This document shows, in pieces, positions 55,605-64,000 of a DNA stretch of 64,000 nucleotides. The position numbers were made by a program, and so were the translations under genes. Positions within the stretch are counted from its first letter, which is position 1. Every line of letters starts with the position of its first letter. The notes beneath the pieces are model-generated. The model had not been told where the DNA came from. It ran no database searches and was given only the letters and a program-made list of their open reading frames with translations. Origin of the DNA: a bacterium (GTDB taxonomy: Bacteria; Patescibacteriota; Microgenomatia; Woykebacterales; RBG-16-39-9b); NCBI GenBank assembly GCA_030704665.1, contig JAUYID010000009.1, forward strand, positions 394,460-458,459. The letters run 5' to 3'.

Positions 55605-55722
55605 GATTAATAAGCTAGTTGCTTGTCCAAAAGAAACCTTAAAATTAAAAAGACTTCCTTTGGGAAACGGTCTTCCAGGGGGTGGAAAACCGGATCTCTC
55701 TTCCTGTCACAAGCGGTTTGGT

Positions 55723-56034
55723 TCAGGTGGTAGTGCTCGTCCCCAATCCCTTCTCAGTGTGTTGACTGAAGAAACGAACACCTCTACCGAGACTTACCGT
55801 CATGATGATCATGAGGGTCAAGCCGCCCAGCCAGTAAAAGGGTAGGTCTGTCGGCTGCTCGTACCGGCCGTGATCCATGGCAGTGTCAACGAGCCATAGC
55901 CAGATTGCGATGACGCTGGTAGCAAGAGCCAGGCTCCCCCAGATGAGCCAGAAGCGGATCAGCTGGTTCTTGATTGGCACGAACGATGCACCGAAGACGA
56001 CCAGAACCAAGAACAACGGCATGTAAGCTACCAT
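55723..56034 (-). CDS. small membrane protein
   Basis: 103 aa with 3 TM helices. Confidence 0.3.
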   Translation of the reverse strand: MVAYMPLFLVLVVFGASFVPIKNQLIRFWLIWGSLALATSVIAIWLWLVDTAMDHGRYEQPTDLPFYWLGGLTLMIIMTVSLGRGVRFFSQHTEKGLGTSTTT

Positions 56035-56103
56035 GAAAATCCTCTCTTTCCTGAACTGACCTTCCAGTAGTCAATTATACATCTTGATCCACCTTTCCCG
56101 TCG

Positions 56104-56361
56104 TTAGCCGATCCTTGTGAGCAAGAGACCGCCGGAGGCAATTGCTCCAAAGCAGAGCATGAGGACCAGCGAAACTACTGATCCTTTGAGTCTTCCCTCC
56201 TCGTTGAACTTGGTAGCCAGGCAGAGACAACTCGAGGCTACCATCAAACTGATCACCAAGATTGTTAGTCCAAGAGCGTTGAGCATCCTCGTTTTCTCCC
56301 CAGGATTTCTTGGTTGATCACTGGTACTTGATCTGGTCTTCCCGTTGGAGGTTTGCTCCAC
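56104..56361 (-). CDS. small membrane protein
   Basis: 85 aa with 2 TM helices. Confidence 0.3.
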   Translation of the reverse strand: MEQTSNGKTRSSTSDQPRNPGEKTRMLNALGLTILVISLMVASSCLCLATKFNEEGRLKGSVVSLVLMLCFGAIASGGLLLTRIG

Positions 56362-56854
56362 ACTCGAGACAGCGCACCAAGAGATTTGGGTCGAATTGAC
56401 CAGGTATGCTCACCCAACTTCCAGTCGGAGTTCTCACCTCAGTGGGATGTTTGCTCCCGTCACCGTGGACGTGAGAAAAAACGATTCTTCCCAGTCCGGG
56501 CGCGGACCCGTCGGGGGCGTGATCGATCCAGTATGGTTGCATGTTCCCTCCTTGATCTTGCTGACCAGCTCTAGCAACTGCTAGTGGGGTCTCCCACATT
56601 CGGATAAGCGTTTGCCTTTCACACTTGCGGCAGTAGGTGCTAGAGTTATTTTCGCAGGAGCTGCAAACAGCAACAGCAGGAATTAGGACAGAGCCGCAAA
56701 CTGGACAAAGATCAAGCTCTTGCACAGCAGGTTCTTCCCTGCAGCTACCGCATGGTCCCAAACCAGAGTCAAGGACCAGCGTTTCTTCGAGTTCGTCCCA
56801 GAGAACCTCATCACTGTTGTCCCGGTCGATGAGGTCATCATAGTCCTCGCCCAT
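56318..56854 (-). CDS. zinc-ribbon-rich hypothetical protein
   Basis: Start set at MGEDYDD after GAAGGAGG. Several CxxC pairs (CPVCG, CSSCE, CRKCE, CLECG). Confidence 0.35.
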   Translation of the reverse strand: MGEDYDDLIDRDNSDEVLWDELEETLVLDSGLGPCGSCREEPAVQELDLCPVCGSVLIPAVAVCSSCENNSSTYCRKCERQTLIRMWETPLAVARAGQQDQGGNMQPYWIDHAPDGSAPGLGRIVFSHVHGDGSKHPTEVRTPTGSWVSIPGQFDPNLLVRCLECGANLQREDQIKYQ

Positions 56855-56885
56855 GCTACTGCCTCCTTCGACTAGTTCAAGCGGG

Positions 56886-57083
56886 TTACTCTCGGATGAC
56901 GTCGACCTTCTGGGTAGGGTCAAAGTCAACTTGTCCCAGAACCGGTAGTTCAACGCTGACGCTGTCGGTCCTTTTCTCAACCGTGAGAACCTCTCGAGTG
57001 CTTCCATCGAGACGGTCAACGATTTGATCCCCCGCTTTGAGTTCAAAAGCCGGGATCGTCTGCTTGGTTTCAGGAAAGGGCAT
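56886..57083 (-). CDS. small hypothetical protein
   Basis: Start set at MPFPETKQ. Confidence 0.25.
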   Translation of the reverse strand: MPFPETKQTIPAFELKAGDQIVDRLDGSTREVLTVEKRTDSVSVELPVLGQVDFDPTQKVDVIRE

Positions 57084-57394
57084 CCTTTTACCTCGATTCT
57101 TTAAGCTAGTTTCCCAGTGTGGGCCAGATCCAGCAGAGCTCGATCGAGGCTGGCAAACCAAGAGCCAGGCCGATGGTCAGGGCGAGGCGGTTTCCTTTGT
57201 AGTTAAGGTAGCTCACCACCCAGCCGATGATCAGAGCGGCGCTGATGACCCCAATCACAGATATTACCAGCCCGCTCAGGTTCTCGGTTTCGAGTATTGT
57301 GTCCAACACGAGGACCGACTCCTTTCGAACTTGAGTTGGATTTCTCTCCAGTTGAGGACATTATACAATAGGTTGCGAAGCAAGAACCTACTAT

Positions 57395-57476
57395 TGTCAT
57401 CCTGAGTGTTAACGAAGGATCTCTGAGGTTCTAGCGGAATATGAACTTGAGACTCTTCGCCCTGCTAAAAGTGACA
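57395..57476. repeat. ORF-less TIR pair (left arm plus variant right arm GAGACTCTTCGCCCTGCTAAAAGTGACA)
   Basis: TGTCATCCTGAGTGTTAACGAAGGATCTC on the left. Confidence 0.6.
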
Positions 57477-57516
57477 AAGCTGGAGTTCAAAACGACAAGG
57501 CTAAAGAATCGGAAGG

Positions 57517-58692
57517 CTATTTGGCTAGTTTTTTCGAAGAGTCCACCATCTGTTTGAGGATTTTAGTAGCAGTTTTACCAGTGGCAAAAAAGGGCTGGTA
57601 TTTGATGCCAACCTTGATCGGAGTGTAGTGAACACGAACTAGCTCACCCTTATAAAAGGAATAAGTTCCCACTACCCCTTCTTGGGTTTCTGCTGACCAG
57701 GTTTGGTCAAAAATAAAATTGCCATGAGCATAGGTGATGAGCTTGCCTTTAGCGCTTGCGCTGGGCAAACCTTTCGGTTGGTAAATTTCCACTCCCTGAA
57801 CCCAATGGGGGTGGTTGCCGACCACTAGGTCAGCGCCGGAATCAATCATCAGGTGTCCCAGCTCAACTGGGTCATCTGGGGCAATGTTGCCATCTGTCAT
57901 GGGTAGAGACTCATACTCTTTGCCCCAATGAACGGAGACGACTAGGATATCAACTTTTGGTTTGGCTTTTTTTATTTCAGAGGCCAGGGCAGCTCGATCA
58001 ATTTTGACCCCGATGCCGTTGTAGGCAAGGAAACCAAAGCTGACTCCTTTGACTTTCTTTCTTCCCAGGTGCCCAAAGCCGGAATACTCAACCTTGGCCC
58101 TTTCTAAAATTTCAATCGTTTCGCTGATACCTTCGGAGCCAAAATTGCCAATGTGGTTGTTGGCTAGGCTAGCAACATCGACCCCGGCCCAGACTATTCC
58201 TTGTATATGGCGGCTGTCACCGCAGAAAGTAAAACCAGTACTGATCAAAGGACAACCTTTGATGATTGGCGCTTCAAGGTTGATCAAAGTGATGTCCCCT
58301 GCTTTGAGAAAAGCGCGGGTCTTTTCCCAGTTGTAGTGAAAATTGCCTGATTTAACCGGTGGATAGTTGGCCCCGCGTGCCGGAATGACATCACCAGTGG
58401 CAATCAGGGTAACAATTTTACTTTGGTCAAGATCAGACAAAGAAACAGGTTGCCCCGCAAAAATGTTTTCCAAAGTTAAATCAGGTGGTTTTGGCTCTGC
58501 CTTGGTGGCGACTTTAGCCGAACTAGAAGAATCGCTATTTGGGCTCAGCATGGGAGCGGTGGCAGTTTTTTTAAAAACGAAAAAGAAAACCGCTAGAGCA
58601 GTAGAAGTTAAAATAATTAAAACCCAGAGGGCAAGGTTACTTTTTCTTCCAGGCAATATCTTGACCATGGTTTTCGGCTCGAGCCAGAACAA
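57517..58692 (-). CDS. CapA-family metallophosphatase (poly-gamma-glutamate synthesis-like)
   Basis: GDVIPARG, GDITLINLEAP, ANNHIGNFG and GNHPHWVQG are CapA/PgsA-type calcineurin-like motifs. N-terminal TM helix. Confidence 0.75.
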   Translation of the reverse strand: MFWLEPKTMVKILPGRKSNLALWVLIILTSTALAVFFFVFKKTATAPMLSPNSDSSSSAKVATKAEPKPPDLTLENIFAGQPVSLSDLDQSKIVTLIATGDVIPARGANYPPVKSGNFHYNWEKTRAFLKAGDITLINLEAPIIKGCPLISTGFTFCGDSRHIQGIVWAGVDVASLANNHIGNFGSEGISETIEILERAKVEYSGFGHLGRKKVKGVSFGFLAYNGIGVKIDRAALASEIKKAKPKVDILVVSVHWGKEYESLPMTDGNIAPDDPVELGHLMIDSGADLVVGNHPHWVQGVEIYQPKGLPSASAKGKLITYAHGNFIFDQTWSAETQEGVVGTYSFYKGELVRVHYTPIKVGIKYQPFFATGKTATKILKQMVDSSKKLAK

Positions 58693-59194
58693 AAAGAAGA
58701 TCAGAAAGGCGATTTAAATAAGCAACTAAAATTGGGTTAATACTGACACTTTCAGAAAGGCTAGAGACTTCTCTTTCTGCTCGCCGACAGATGGTGCGAG
58801 CAAGATGGAGACAAGAAGCAGAGGGGGTACCGCCAGGCAGTATAAATGTATGCAGCGGGGGAAGACTTGCGTCAAAGCTATCAATACAAACCTCCAACTC
58901 AGTTAGTTTCTCCGCCTTCAACTCAAAATAACCGCCAGAAGCAGAATTCTTCATTTTTTTGGGACTAGAAAGCTCAGCCCCAATGTTAAAGAGTTCGTTT
59001 TGGATTTTCATTAAAATTTTTGCAATCTCAGGATTTTTGGCAAAACTAGTAGCGAGACCAAGAGCTGCGCTGAGCTCATCGACACTGCCGTAAGCGCGCA
59101 CGCGAGGATGGTTTTTTTTGACTCTTTCACCGCCAAGCAAGGAGGTTTGTCCTTTGTCTCCGGCTTTGGTGTAAATGGTAGATTTTTTTGTCAT
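58637..59194 (-). CDS. PduO-type ATP:cob(I)alamin adenosyltransferase
   Basis: IYTKAGDKGQTSLLGGERVKKNHPRVRAYGSVDELSAALG matches the PduO/MMAB N-terminus. ATG start chosen 6 nt inside the track's TTG start. Confidence 0.75.
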   Translation of the reverse strand: MTKKSTIYTKAGDKGQTSLLGGERVKKNHPRVRAYGSVDELSAALGLATSFAKNPEIAKILMKIQNELFNIGAELSSPKKMKNSASGGYFELKAEKLTELEVCIDSFDASLPPLHTFILPGGTPSASCLHLARTICRRAEREVSSLSESVSINPILVAYLNRLSDLLFVLARAENHGQDIAWKKK

Positions 59195-59582
59195 TGGCAA
59201 AAGGGATTATAGAAGTGTTCTTGCCTACAATTCAAGAGGTGCTTGTTTGTTGTTTGAAGAAATGGTCGGCGTATAATCAACACTGCCCCGGACGGGATTT
59301 TGGTACCAGATGCGGAGTCTCCCACGACACGCCCCTTGTTCCAAAATTAACCACGCAGCTCCTTATTCCCGGGCGGGAGGGAGGCTAGCTTGTCGGTGAA
59401 CCTGAAGGGGCAAAAACAAAAGCAAACCTACACGCGCTGCGCATCAAGTGGTCGACGTGTACTTGCTTCTTGGGGCCAAAGGTCAGTCTCTGGATTTGAA
59501 GCACACCTCCTTGGAAGATCCGCGGCCCCACCCTCCTATTTTCCCCGAACTTAAACCAATTTGCATCTTTGTGTTGTATTTT

Positions 59583-60236
59583 TTATTTAAATTCAAAAGA
59601 ATTAACGATTTTGGTGGTCAGATCGCGAGCTTCGCTGTCATCAGCTGAAACCCAAAAAGTAACTTGGACGGTTTTTTCTGTCGCGGGCAGGACGATGATG
59701 TTCAAGAAGTTTCCCGCCTTGTACTCATAAGTTGTCAAAATAGCCGGCTGACCCTTGATTTCCAAATTTGTCGTCTCCTGTTTTTTTAAACCTTCTTTTT
59801 GTTCCGTTGAAAGCTCCAGCCTCTGATCAAATTTGAGCCAGAGCTCGACCGAATCCACTCCCTTTTCGAGGCGAACTCCGGCGGGAGCAGTTCTTTCATG
59901 AGCAGTTGCTTTCCAATCCTTCGGGTAGCCAATTTGATACTTGCTAGCCTTGTCTGCAAAAGTTTGCCAGTCCTCTGGTGTTGCTGAGGAGGTGGCGACT
60001 AGAGCTTTCTTAGTTGTCGCTTGGCCGAGGTTTGGAACTAGACTTGAAACTAGAATACCCCCTCCAAAACTAAAAACTCCCAGGGTAAAAAGGAAAACGA
60101 GTCCAATCAAGACGGCTCCCCAGTGAACGTGCTTTTTCTCGGGAGAAACCATTTCAATGATTTGCGGTGAAAAAATGCCGGGATGAGGTTCGGTTGGTAG
60201 ACTTGAATTGGGCTGTTCTTCGTCCATGCATTTCAA
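59583..60236 (-). CDS. membrane-anchored hypothetical protein
   Basis: 217 aa with one TM helix and a beta-rich C-terminal domain. Confidence 0.4.
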   Translation of the reverse strand: MKCMDEEQPNSSLPTEPHPGIFSPQIIEMVSPEKKHVHWGAVLIGLVFLFTLGVFSFGGGILVSSLVPNLGQATTKKALVATSSATPEDWQTFADKASKYQIGYPKDWKATAHERTAPAGVRLEKGVDSVELWLKFDQRLELSTEQKEGLKKQETTNLEIKGQPAILTTYEYKAGNFLNIIVLPATEKTVQVTFWVSADDSEARDLTTKIVNSFEFK

Positions 60237-60307
60237 AGCATAGTAAAAACTTGTTGTTAAAGCAAGATTCTTGCTTGTCAGTCACCAGCTCTGTTAAGAT
60301 TTAGCAA

Positions 60308-60841
60308 ATGGTTGGCGACCCTTTCAACTTTGACCAAAGAACTCTCAACATCCTTGTTTATTTTGTAGTTGCGGTCTTTCTCTGGATCTTGGTTCAGCTC
60401 CTCAACAAAAGTTTGGTAAACGCAGTCACAATCGGCACACCCAGAGGTAAAAGACTGCGGACTCTTTCCTCGATCATCAAAAACACCCTTTCAACTATCA
60501 TCATCGCCTTTTTGCTGATTGAGATTCTTTCGCAGTTTGGAATTTCTTTAGCTCCAATCCTTGCTTCGGCTTCGATCATTGGCTTGGCGGTGGGCTTTGG
60601 TGCTCAGACTTTGATCAAAGACGTCATTTCCGGCTTCTTTTTGCTCGCCGAAGACCAGTTCGATGAAGGAGATGAAATTTCGGTTAACGACAAACGTGGT
60701 GTAGTTGAGAAAGTGACCCTGCGCACAGTTTGGCTGCGAGACAAAGAGGAAGCCCAGCACATCATTCCCAACGGCTCAATTGCTGTGGTTTCCAACTACT
60801 CACGCAAGAAAAAGATAGACAGGGCGGACAAAGATTCTTAA
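60308..60841 (+). CDS. small-conductance mechanosensitive channel (MscS family)
   Basis: ASIIGLAVGFGAQTLIKDVISGFFLLAEDQF is the MscS TM3 pore-helix signature. Confidence 0.7.
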   Translation: MVGDPFNFDQRTLNILVYFVVAVFLWILVQLLNKSLVNAVTIGTPRGKRLRTLSSIIKNTLSTIIIAFLLIEILSQFGISLAPILASASIIGLAVGFGAQTLIKDVISGFFLLAEDQFDEGDEISVNDKRGVVEKVTLRTVWLRDKEEAQHIIPNGSIAVVSNYSRKKKIDRADKDS

Positions 60842-60861
60842 TCACATTCCGATAATAATTC

Positions 60862-60921
60862 TGTCATTCTGAGGCGAAGCCGAAGAATCTCTTGAGATCC
60901 TTCGTTGCACTCAGGATGACA
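60862..60921. repeat. archetypal ORF-less TIR pair (MITE-like)
   Basis: TGTCATTCTGAGGCGAAGCCGAAGAATCTC-tt-GAGATCCTTCGTTGCACTCAGGATGACA. This is the GIY-YIG element with its ORF precisely removed. Confidence 0.7.
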
Positions 60922-60991
60922 AGGAGGACGGTTAATGAGACTACTGGACACTTAGCAACATGGTAGCTATGATTAAAAAAGGAGCAAATTA

Positions 60992-61405
60992 ATGTCAAGA
61001 AAAATCCTTTTGATTGAAGACGATGTGTTTGTCAAAGATATTTACATGCGCGAGCTCGTTAAAGGTGGCTACGATGTCATCCCGGCCGAAGACGGCCAAC
61101 TCGGAATTGATAAGGCCGAGTCCGAAAAGCCAGAGCTGATTTTGCTCGATATCATGCTTCCGAAGAAAACCGGGATTGATGTTCTCAAGGAAATCAGAAC
61201 TGAAGGATCTGCGGCCAAGGACATTCCTGTTTATTTGCTTACCAATCTTGGCCAGGGTTCAATCATCAAACAAGCTCTAGAAATTGGTGCGCAGGGTTAC
61301 CTTCTTAAGGCCCGTGTCCTACCCTCTCAGGTTCTAGAAGCGGTCAATGAGTTTTTCGAAAAAGGCCCGATGAAAGTTGATCTCAAAGAATTCGGTCTTG
61401 AATGA
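60992..61405 (+). CDS. single-domain response regulator (CheY-like receiver)
   Basis: LLIEDD..., the phospho-acceptor LILLDIMLP, and T...K downstream. Confidence 0.85.
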   Translation: MSRKILLIEDDVFVKDIYMRELVKGGYDVIPAEDGQLGIDKAESEKPELILLDIMLPKKTGIDVLKEIRTEGSAAKDIPVYLLTNLGQGSIIKQALEIGAQGYLLKARVLPSQVLEAVNEFFEKGPMKVDLKEFGLE

Positions 61406-61412
61406 TGAATTC

Positions 61413-61452
61413 GTCATCCTCAACTAGATTACCGATCAGGTCGGGAATGACA
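61413..61452. repeat. short palindromic element variant
   Basis: GTCATCCTCAACTAGATTACCGATCAGGTCGGGAATGACA, 8 nt after the receiver gene stop. Confidence 0.45.
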
Positions 61453-61465
61453 GGTTAAAACTAAT

Positions 61466-62497
61466 ATGTTCCCAATCGGCGAACCAGGCGAAAACCCAGT
61501 AACCCCTGAAGAAATTGTTGGTATCCCCTCCCCTGCTCCAAAAACTGAAGATGAGGAAAAAAGAAAGTCCCCGGATCGAGTCGTTCCTCCTGAAGCCCAA
61601 AAAGCTTTTGAAGACTATATCAAGACAGAGCTAACTAGAAAAGATCACCCCTTTTACTTTTCAGACGAAGAAGAAAAAGACACAGCTAATTTGTTCTTTG
61701 CTCAAAGGGGTAGCAACGGAGAGGTGGCAAGGCGTTATTTCCGTTATCTTAAAGATGATGAGTCTGATGAACCTATTAAATTTTTTACCCAAAGCACTAT
61801 GCATATTAACAAAGGTTATGCGGCTATTTACAAAGCAGATGTAGCACCAAACTCTCAAAGAGGTTATTTCCAAGGCTATATGGATAGTGACGCTACTGTG
61901 TTGAGAGCAACTCCCAAAGGACTGGATTTTGTTCGCGTCTTTGATGATCAGACCATGATACTCAACCACAATCCCGAGAATCAGCTAAATTACCTAGCTT
62001 TCCACAAGGTTGGCAATATCAAAAGTTTGAGTGAAATAATAGAGCAAGCTGATTCAACAGATGCTCAGCCAGTGGCGGCAGAAGCCCCTTCTTTTGCATT
62101 GGTTTTTTCTCCCGATACTCTGAACACAATGGTTTATGACGAAGCGGGAAATCGGAAAATTACTGAAGTGAAAATGGTTGAGGAATTCGCCGTCGATGGC
62201 AGGCGTGTTCAAGTAGCCAATGCTGGTGAAACTGTTAAACTCGTTTTTTACCTACCGGATGATCCGAACAAAGTTGACTATGAGATTACTCTACCAAGAA
62301 AACAAGAGACTGAGGAGTACTGGACTGGTGATATGAACCAGACGAAGCCAATCAGGAGATACACTTGGGAAAAGGATCTTATTCCCGAGCCTTTGCGGAC
62401 GAACGTGCATGCCCCTCAAGAACTCGATGATGCTTGGAAGCGGGCCGATCTAGCCCGAACTATTGGAATAAAAATAGAAAAGAATTTAGCTGCCTAG
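61466..62497 (+). CDS. hypothetical protein (343 aa)
   Basis: No motif recognised. Confidence 0.4.
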   Translation: MFPIGEPGENPVTPEEIVGIPSPAPKTEDEEKRKSPDRVVPPEAQKAFEDYIKTELTRKDHPFYFSDEEEKDTANLFFAQRGSNGEVARRYFRYLKDDESDEPIKFFTQSTMHINKGYAAIYKADVAPNSQRGYFQGYMDSDATVLRATPKGLDFVRVFDDQTMILNHNPENQLNYLAFHKVGNIKSLSEIIEQADSTDAQPVAAEAPSFALVFSPDTLNTMVYDEAGNRKITEVKMVEEFAVDGRRVQVANAGETVKLVFYLPDDPNKVDYEITLPRKQETEEYWTGDMNQTKPIRRYTWEKDLIPEPLRTNVHAPQELDDAWKRADLARTIGIKIEKNLAA

Positions 62498-62565
62498 AAA
62501 CCGAAAGGCGTTCTGAGGGAATTGCTTCCGTACTCAGAACGCCTGTTGGTCTCCTCCTACTTCCA

Positions 62566-62670
62566 CTACGGATACTCGTTGTAATTGCTGTTTGGGTCGA
62601 GGCCTTCGATCATGAGCCACAGACCGACCAAAGCGAGCACAAAGAGCGAGCCGATGAGTAGTTTCTTCAA
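62566..62670 (-). CDS. small single-TM peptide (34 aa), not in the ORF track
   Basis: TTG start after GGAGG. LKKLLIGSLFVLALVGLWLMIEGLDP. Confidence 0.3.
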   Translation of the reverse strand: MKKLLIGSLFVLALVGLWLMIEGLDPNSNYNEYP

Positions 62671-62706
62671 GACAGCCTCCAAGCCAATGTCTGGGCATCT
62701 GTTCCC

Positions 62707-62787
62707 TTAGTTTGGATCTTCACAGATGAACCAGATCACGAAGATGGCAAGAGCTCCAATCACAGCTCCTAGCAGGAACTTCTTCAT
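62707..62787 (-). CDS. small single-TM peptide (26 aa), not in the ORF track
   Basis: MKKFLLGAVIGALAIFVIWFICEDPN; SD GAGGAGAG. Confidence 0.3.
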   Translation of the reverse strand: MKKFLLGAVIGALAIFVIWFICEDPN

Positions 62788-62789
62788 TT

Positions 62790-62903
62790 TCAGCTCTCCT
62801 CATCCCGGTCGATTGGGTAGCGCCGGCGGTCGTCCTCCAGAGCAATGATGACGATGGTCACGCCAATTGCTGCACCGATCACTAGTGCTAGTGCTTTGAT
62901 CAC
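62790..62903 (-). CDS. small single-TM peptide (37 aa)
   Basis: GTG start after AAGGAGA. VIKALALVIGAAIGVTIVIIALEDD. Trimmed from the 83-aa track ORF. Confidence 0.3.
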   Translation of the reverse strand: MIKALALVIGAAIGVTIVIIALEDDRRRYPIDRDEES

Positions 62904-63075
62904 GCTGCCAGTCTCCTTTCTTCCCTCTCTGTGTGGGTGTTCACTATCAAGCGGAGTCTGCTCCCACCCTTCGGTCCTGGTCGGGTCGGACGCTCTTGTT
63001 TTGGGTAGAGGTAGTGGAAGAGCCAAGTTCCCCTGAGCCAACCACTGATAGTCGTTATTACGAGGAGGAGATTGG

Positions 63076-63270
63076 TCATTCCACTTCTCCTAGTCTCCAC
63101 ATTTCGCGGTGGAGAGCCGAACGGTTCCCTAATTGCGTCGCAATGAGCTTGCCACGGTGGAGAAGCCTTTCGTGCTCATCTCTAGGCGACTCGGGTTTCG
63201 GTTTCTTTCTCTCGAAGGGCCAGAAAAGGCCGAGGACTAGGGCGATACAAATGACTTTCCAGATTTTCAA
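63076..63270 (-). CDS. small single-TM protein (64 aa)
   Basis: TTG start after AAGGAGG. LKIWKVICIALVLGLFWPF. Confidence 0.3.
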   Translation of the reverse strand: MKIWKVICIALVLGLFWPFERKKPKPESPRDEHERLLHRGKLIATQLGNRSALHREMWRLGEVE

Positions 63271-63283
63271 CTCGACCTCCTTG

Positions 63284-63472
63284 TCAGAGATGCTGTTCTG
63301 GCTGCCAGACAGTGTTAGCAGCACCTGGTTCGGCGGCCGTTTCCGTTGGAGATTTCCTTTTCGGATTGGGACTTGGTCCCGAAGGCCTGAAGGGCGGGTC
63401 TCCCCAGAATTTGCCGATGACGTACCAGACACTGCCAATGATGAGCAGGGCTTGGAGCAGGGTTTTCATCAC
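63284..63472 (-). CDS. small single-TM protein (62 aa)
   Basis: MMKTLLQALLIIGSVWYVIGKFWGDPP; SD GAAAGGAG. Confidence 0.35.
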   Translation of the reverse strand: MMKTLLQALLIIGSVWYVIGKFWGDPPFRPSGPSPNPKRKSPTETAAEPGAANTVWQPEQHL

Positions 63473-63485
63473 CCTCGGACTCCTT

Positions 63486-63890
63486 TCAGTCGATGCGGTT
63501 GCCGATGTGCCGTACTTGTTGGTCAGGCTTTCCGCTGTAGAGAGCCAGGTAGAGGATCTTCCATTCGTCTTCGGGACGGAAGTCAGTTCGTGCAGACCTC
63601 TTAATTTTTCTCATCCGTCCTTGGTGTGGTCGGTTTTGACCAGAAGATTCGTCGAGAAACTCGAGAAGCTTCCAGACGAAAATGCCGATGAAGACAGCCA
63701 CTGCCAAGAGTGCAGCAGCCGGGTTGAGTATTTCCGAGCCGCTGACAATGACAAGAAGCGAAAGGCCAAGAACCAAGATTGCGGTGGCCAGGTCCCCGAT
63801 CAAGTGGGCCTCAAGGATCCTTTTGCTTGGGTTTTGGTCCTCGTTCTTTACTAGAGCAAAGATGAGGAGGTAGAACCCCAGACCTAGCAT
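63486..63890 (-). CDS. polytopic membrane protein
   Basis: 134 aa with 3-4 TM helices. Confidence 0.35.
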   Translation of the reverse strand: MLGLGFYLLIFALVKNEDQNPSKRILEAHLIGDLATAILVLGLSLLVIVSGSEILNPAAALLAVAVFIGIFVWKLLEFLDESSGQNRPHQGRMRKIKRSARTDFRPEDEWKILYLALYSGKPDQQVRHIGNRID

Positions 63891-64000
63891 CGGTGCGAAC
63901 CAACCTAGAAAGCCAGTTGCTTTTTCGGGGTCCTTGAGCTGCTCTAGGCAGATAATTGAGCTGATTCCAACTCCGAGCGCAAGTAAGCCAAGGCTGAAGG

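Noticed and set aside
59201-59582. Calling the leader upstream of the adenosyltransferase gene a canonical cobalamin riboswitch
   Set aside because: I could not find the B12 box (GCCACUG) or other core motifs by eye. It is kept only as a candidate, to be checked with a covariance model.
1-64000. tRNA, rRNA and integrase genes
   Set aside because: No GTTCGAATCC-type T-loop with a matching acceptor stem, no rRNA-like conserved stretch and no tyrosine or serine recombinase motif were seen. The two GC-rich or AT-rich blocks therefore lack classical island boundaries.

Overview
This 64-kb window looks bacterial, with small genes and many membrane or secreted hypothetical proteins. It is probably from an uncultivated small-genome lineage such as Patescibacteria/CPR, but that is inference only. 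GC content is mosaic, with GC-rich blocks at about 12.4-28.5 kb, 38-39 kb, 46.9-54.3 kb and 62.5-64 kb inside AT-richer DNA. Recognisable genes include yebC followed by a MazG-like gene and ruvC, a ClpC-like AAA+ ATPase with an N-terminal membrane anchor, a ParB-like protein, an AbrB-fold antitoxin paired with a Doc toxin, a TetR regulator, a SET-domain protein, a sensor histidine kinase and an orphan receiver, rarA, hpf, pcm, a ROK kinase, an HrpA-like DEAH helicase, msrA, CapA, a PduO-type adenosyltransferase, an MscS channel, and NUDIX, VOC, HIT, GNAT and cupin enzymes. Three adjacent minus-strand genes (3774-8070) encode paralogous secreted proteins built from an unrecognised repeat, one ending in an LPXTG sortase signal. 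The most unusual feature is a dispersed family of inverted-repeat elements: two small GIY-YIG nuclease genes sit exactly between about 30-bp terminal inverted repeats, and at least 13 ORF-less or partial copies lie in other intergenic regions. The window also contains three copies of a conserved 10-bp-stem hairpin that bracket the TetR gene cluster on the minus strand (lying just downstream of the TetR gene and of two upstream hypothetical genes), a tandem 126/102-bp repeat with compensatory hairpin changes, a Flp-type pilin gene (59 aa) missed by the ORF track, five tandem small single-TM peptide genes, and several long ORF-free regions that may hold ncRNAs. No rRNA, tRNA, CRISPR array or integrase was found. 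Coordinates derived by hand (hairpins, small ORFs, repeat ends) are approximate to a few nucleotides.
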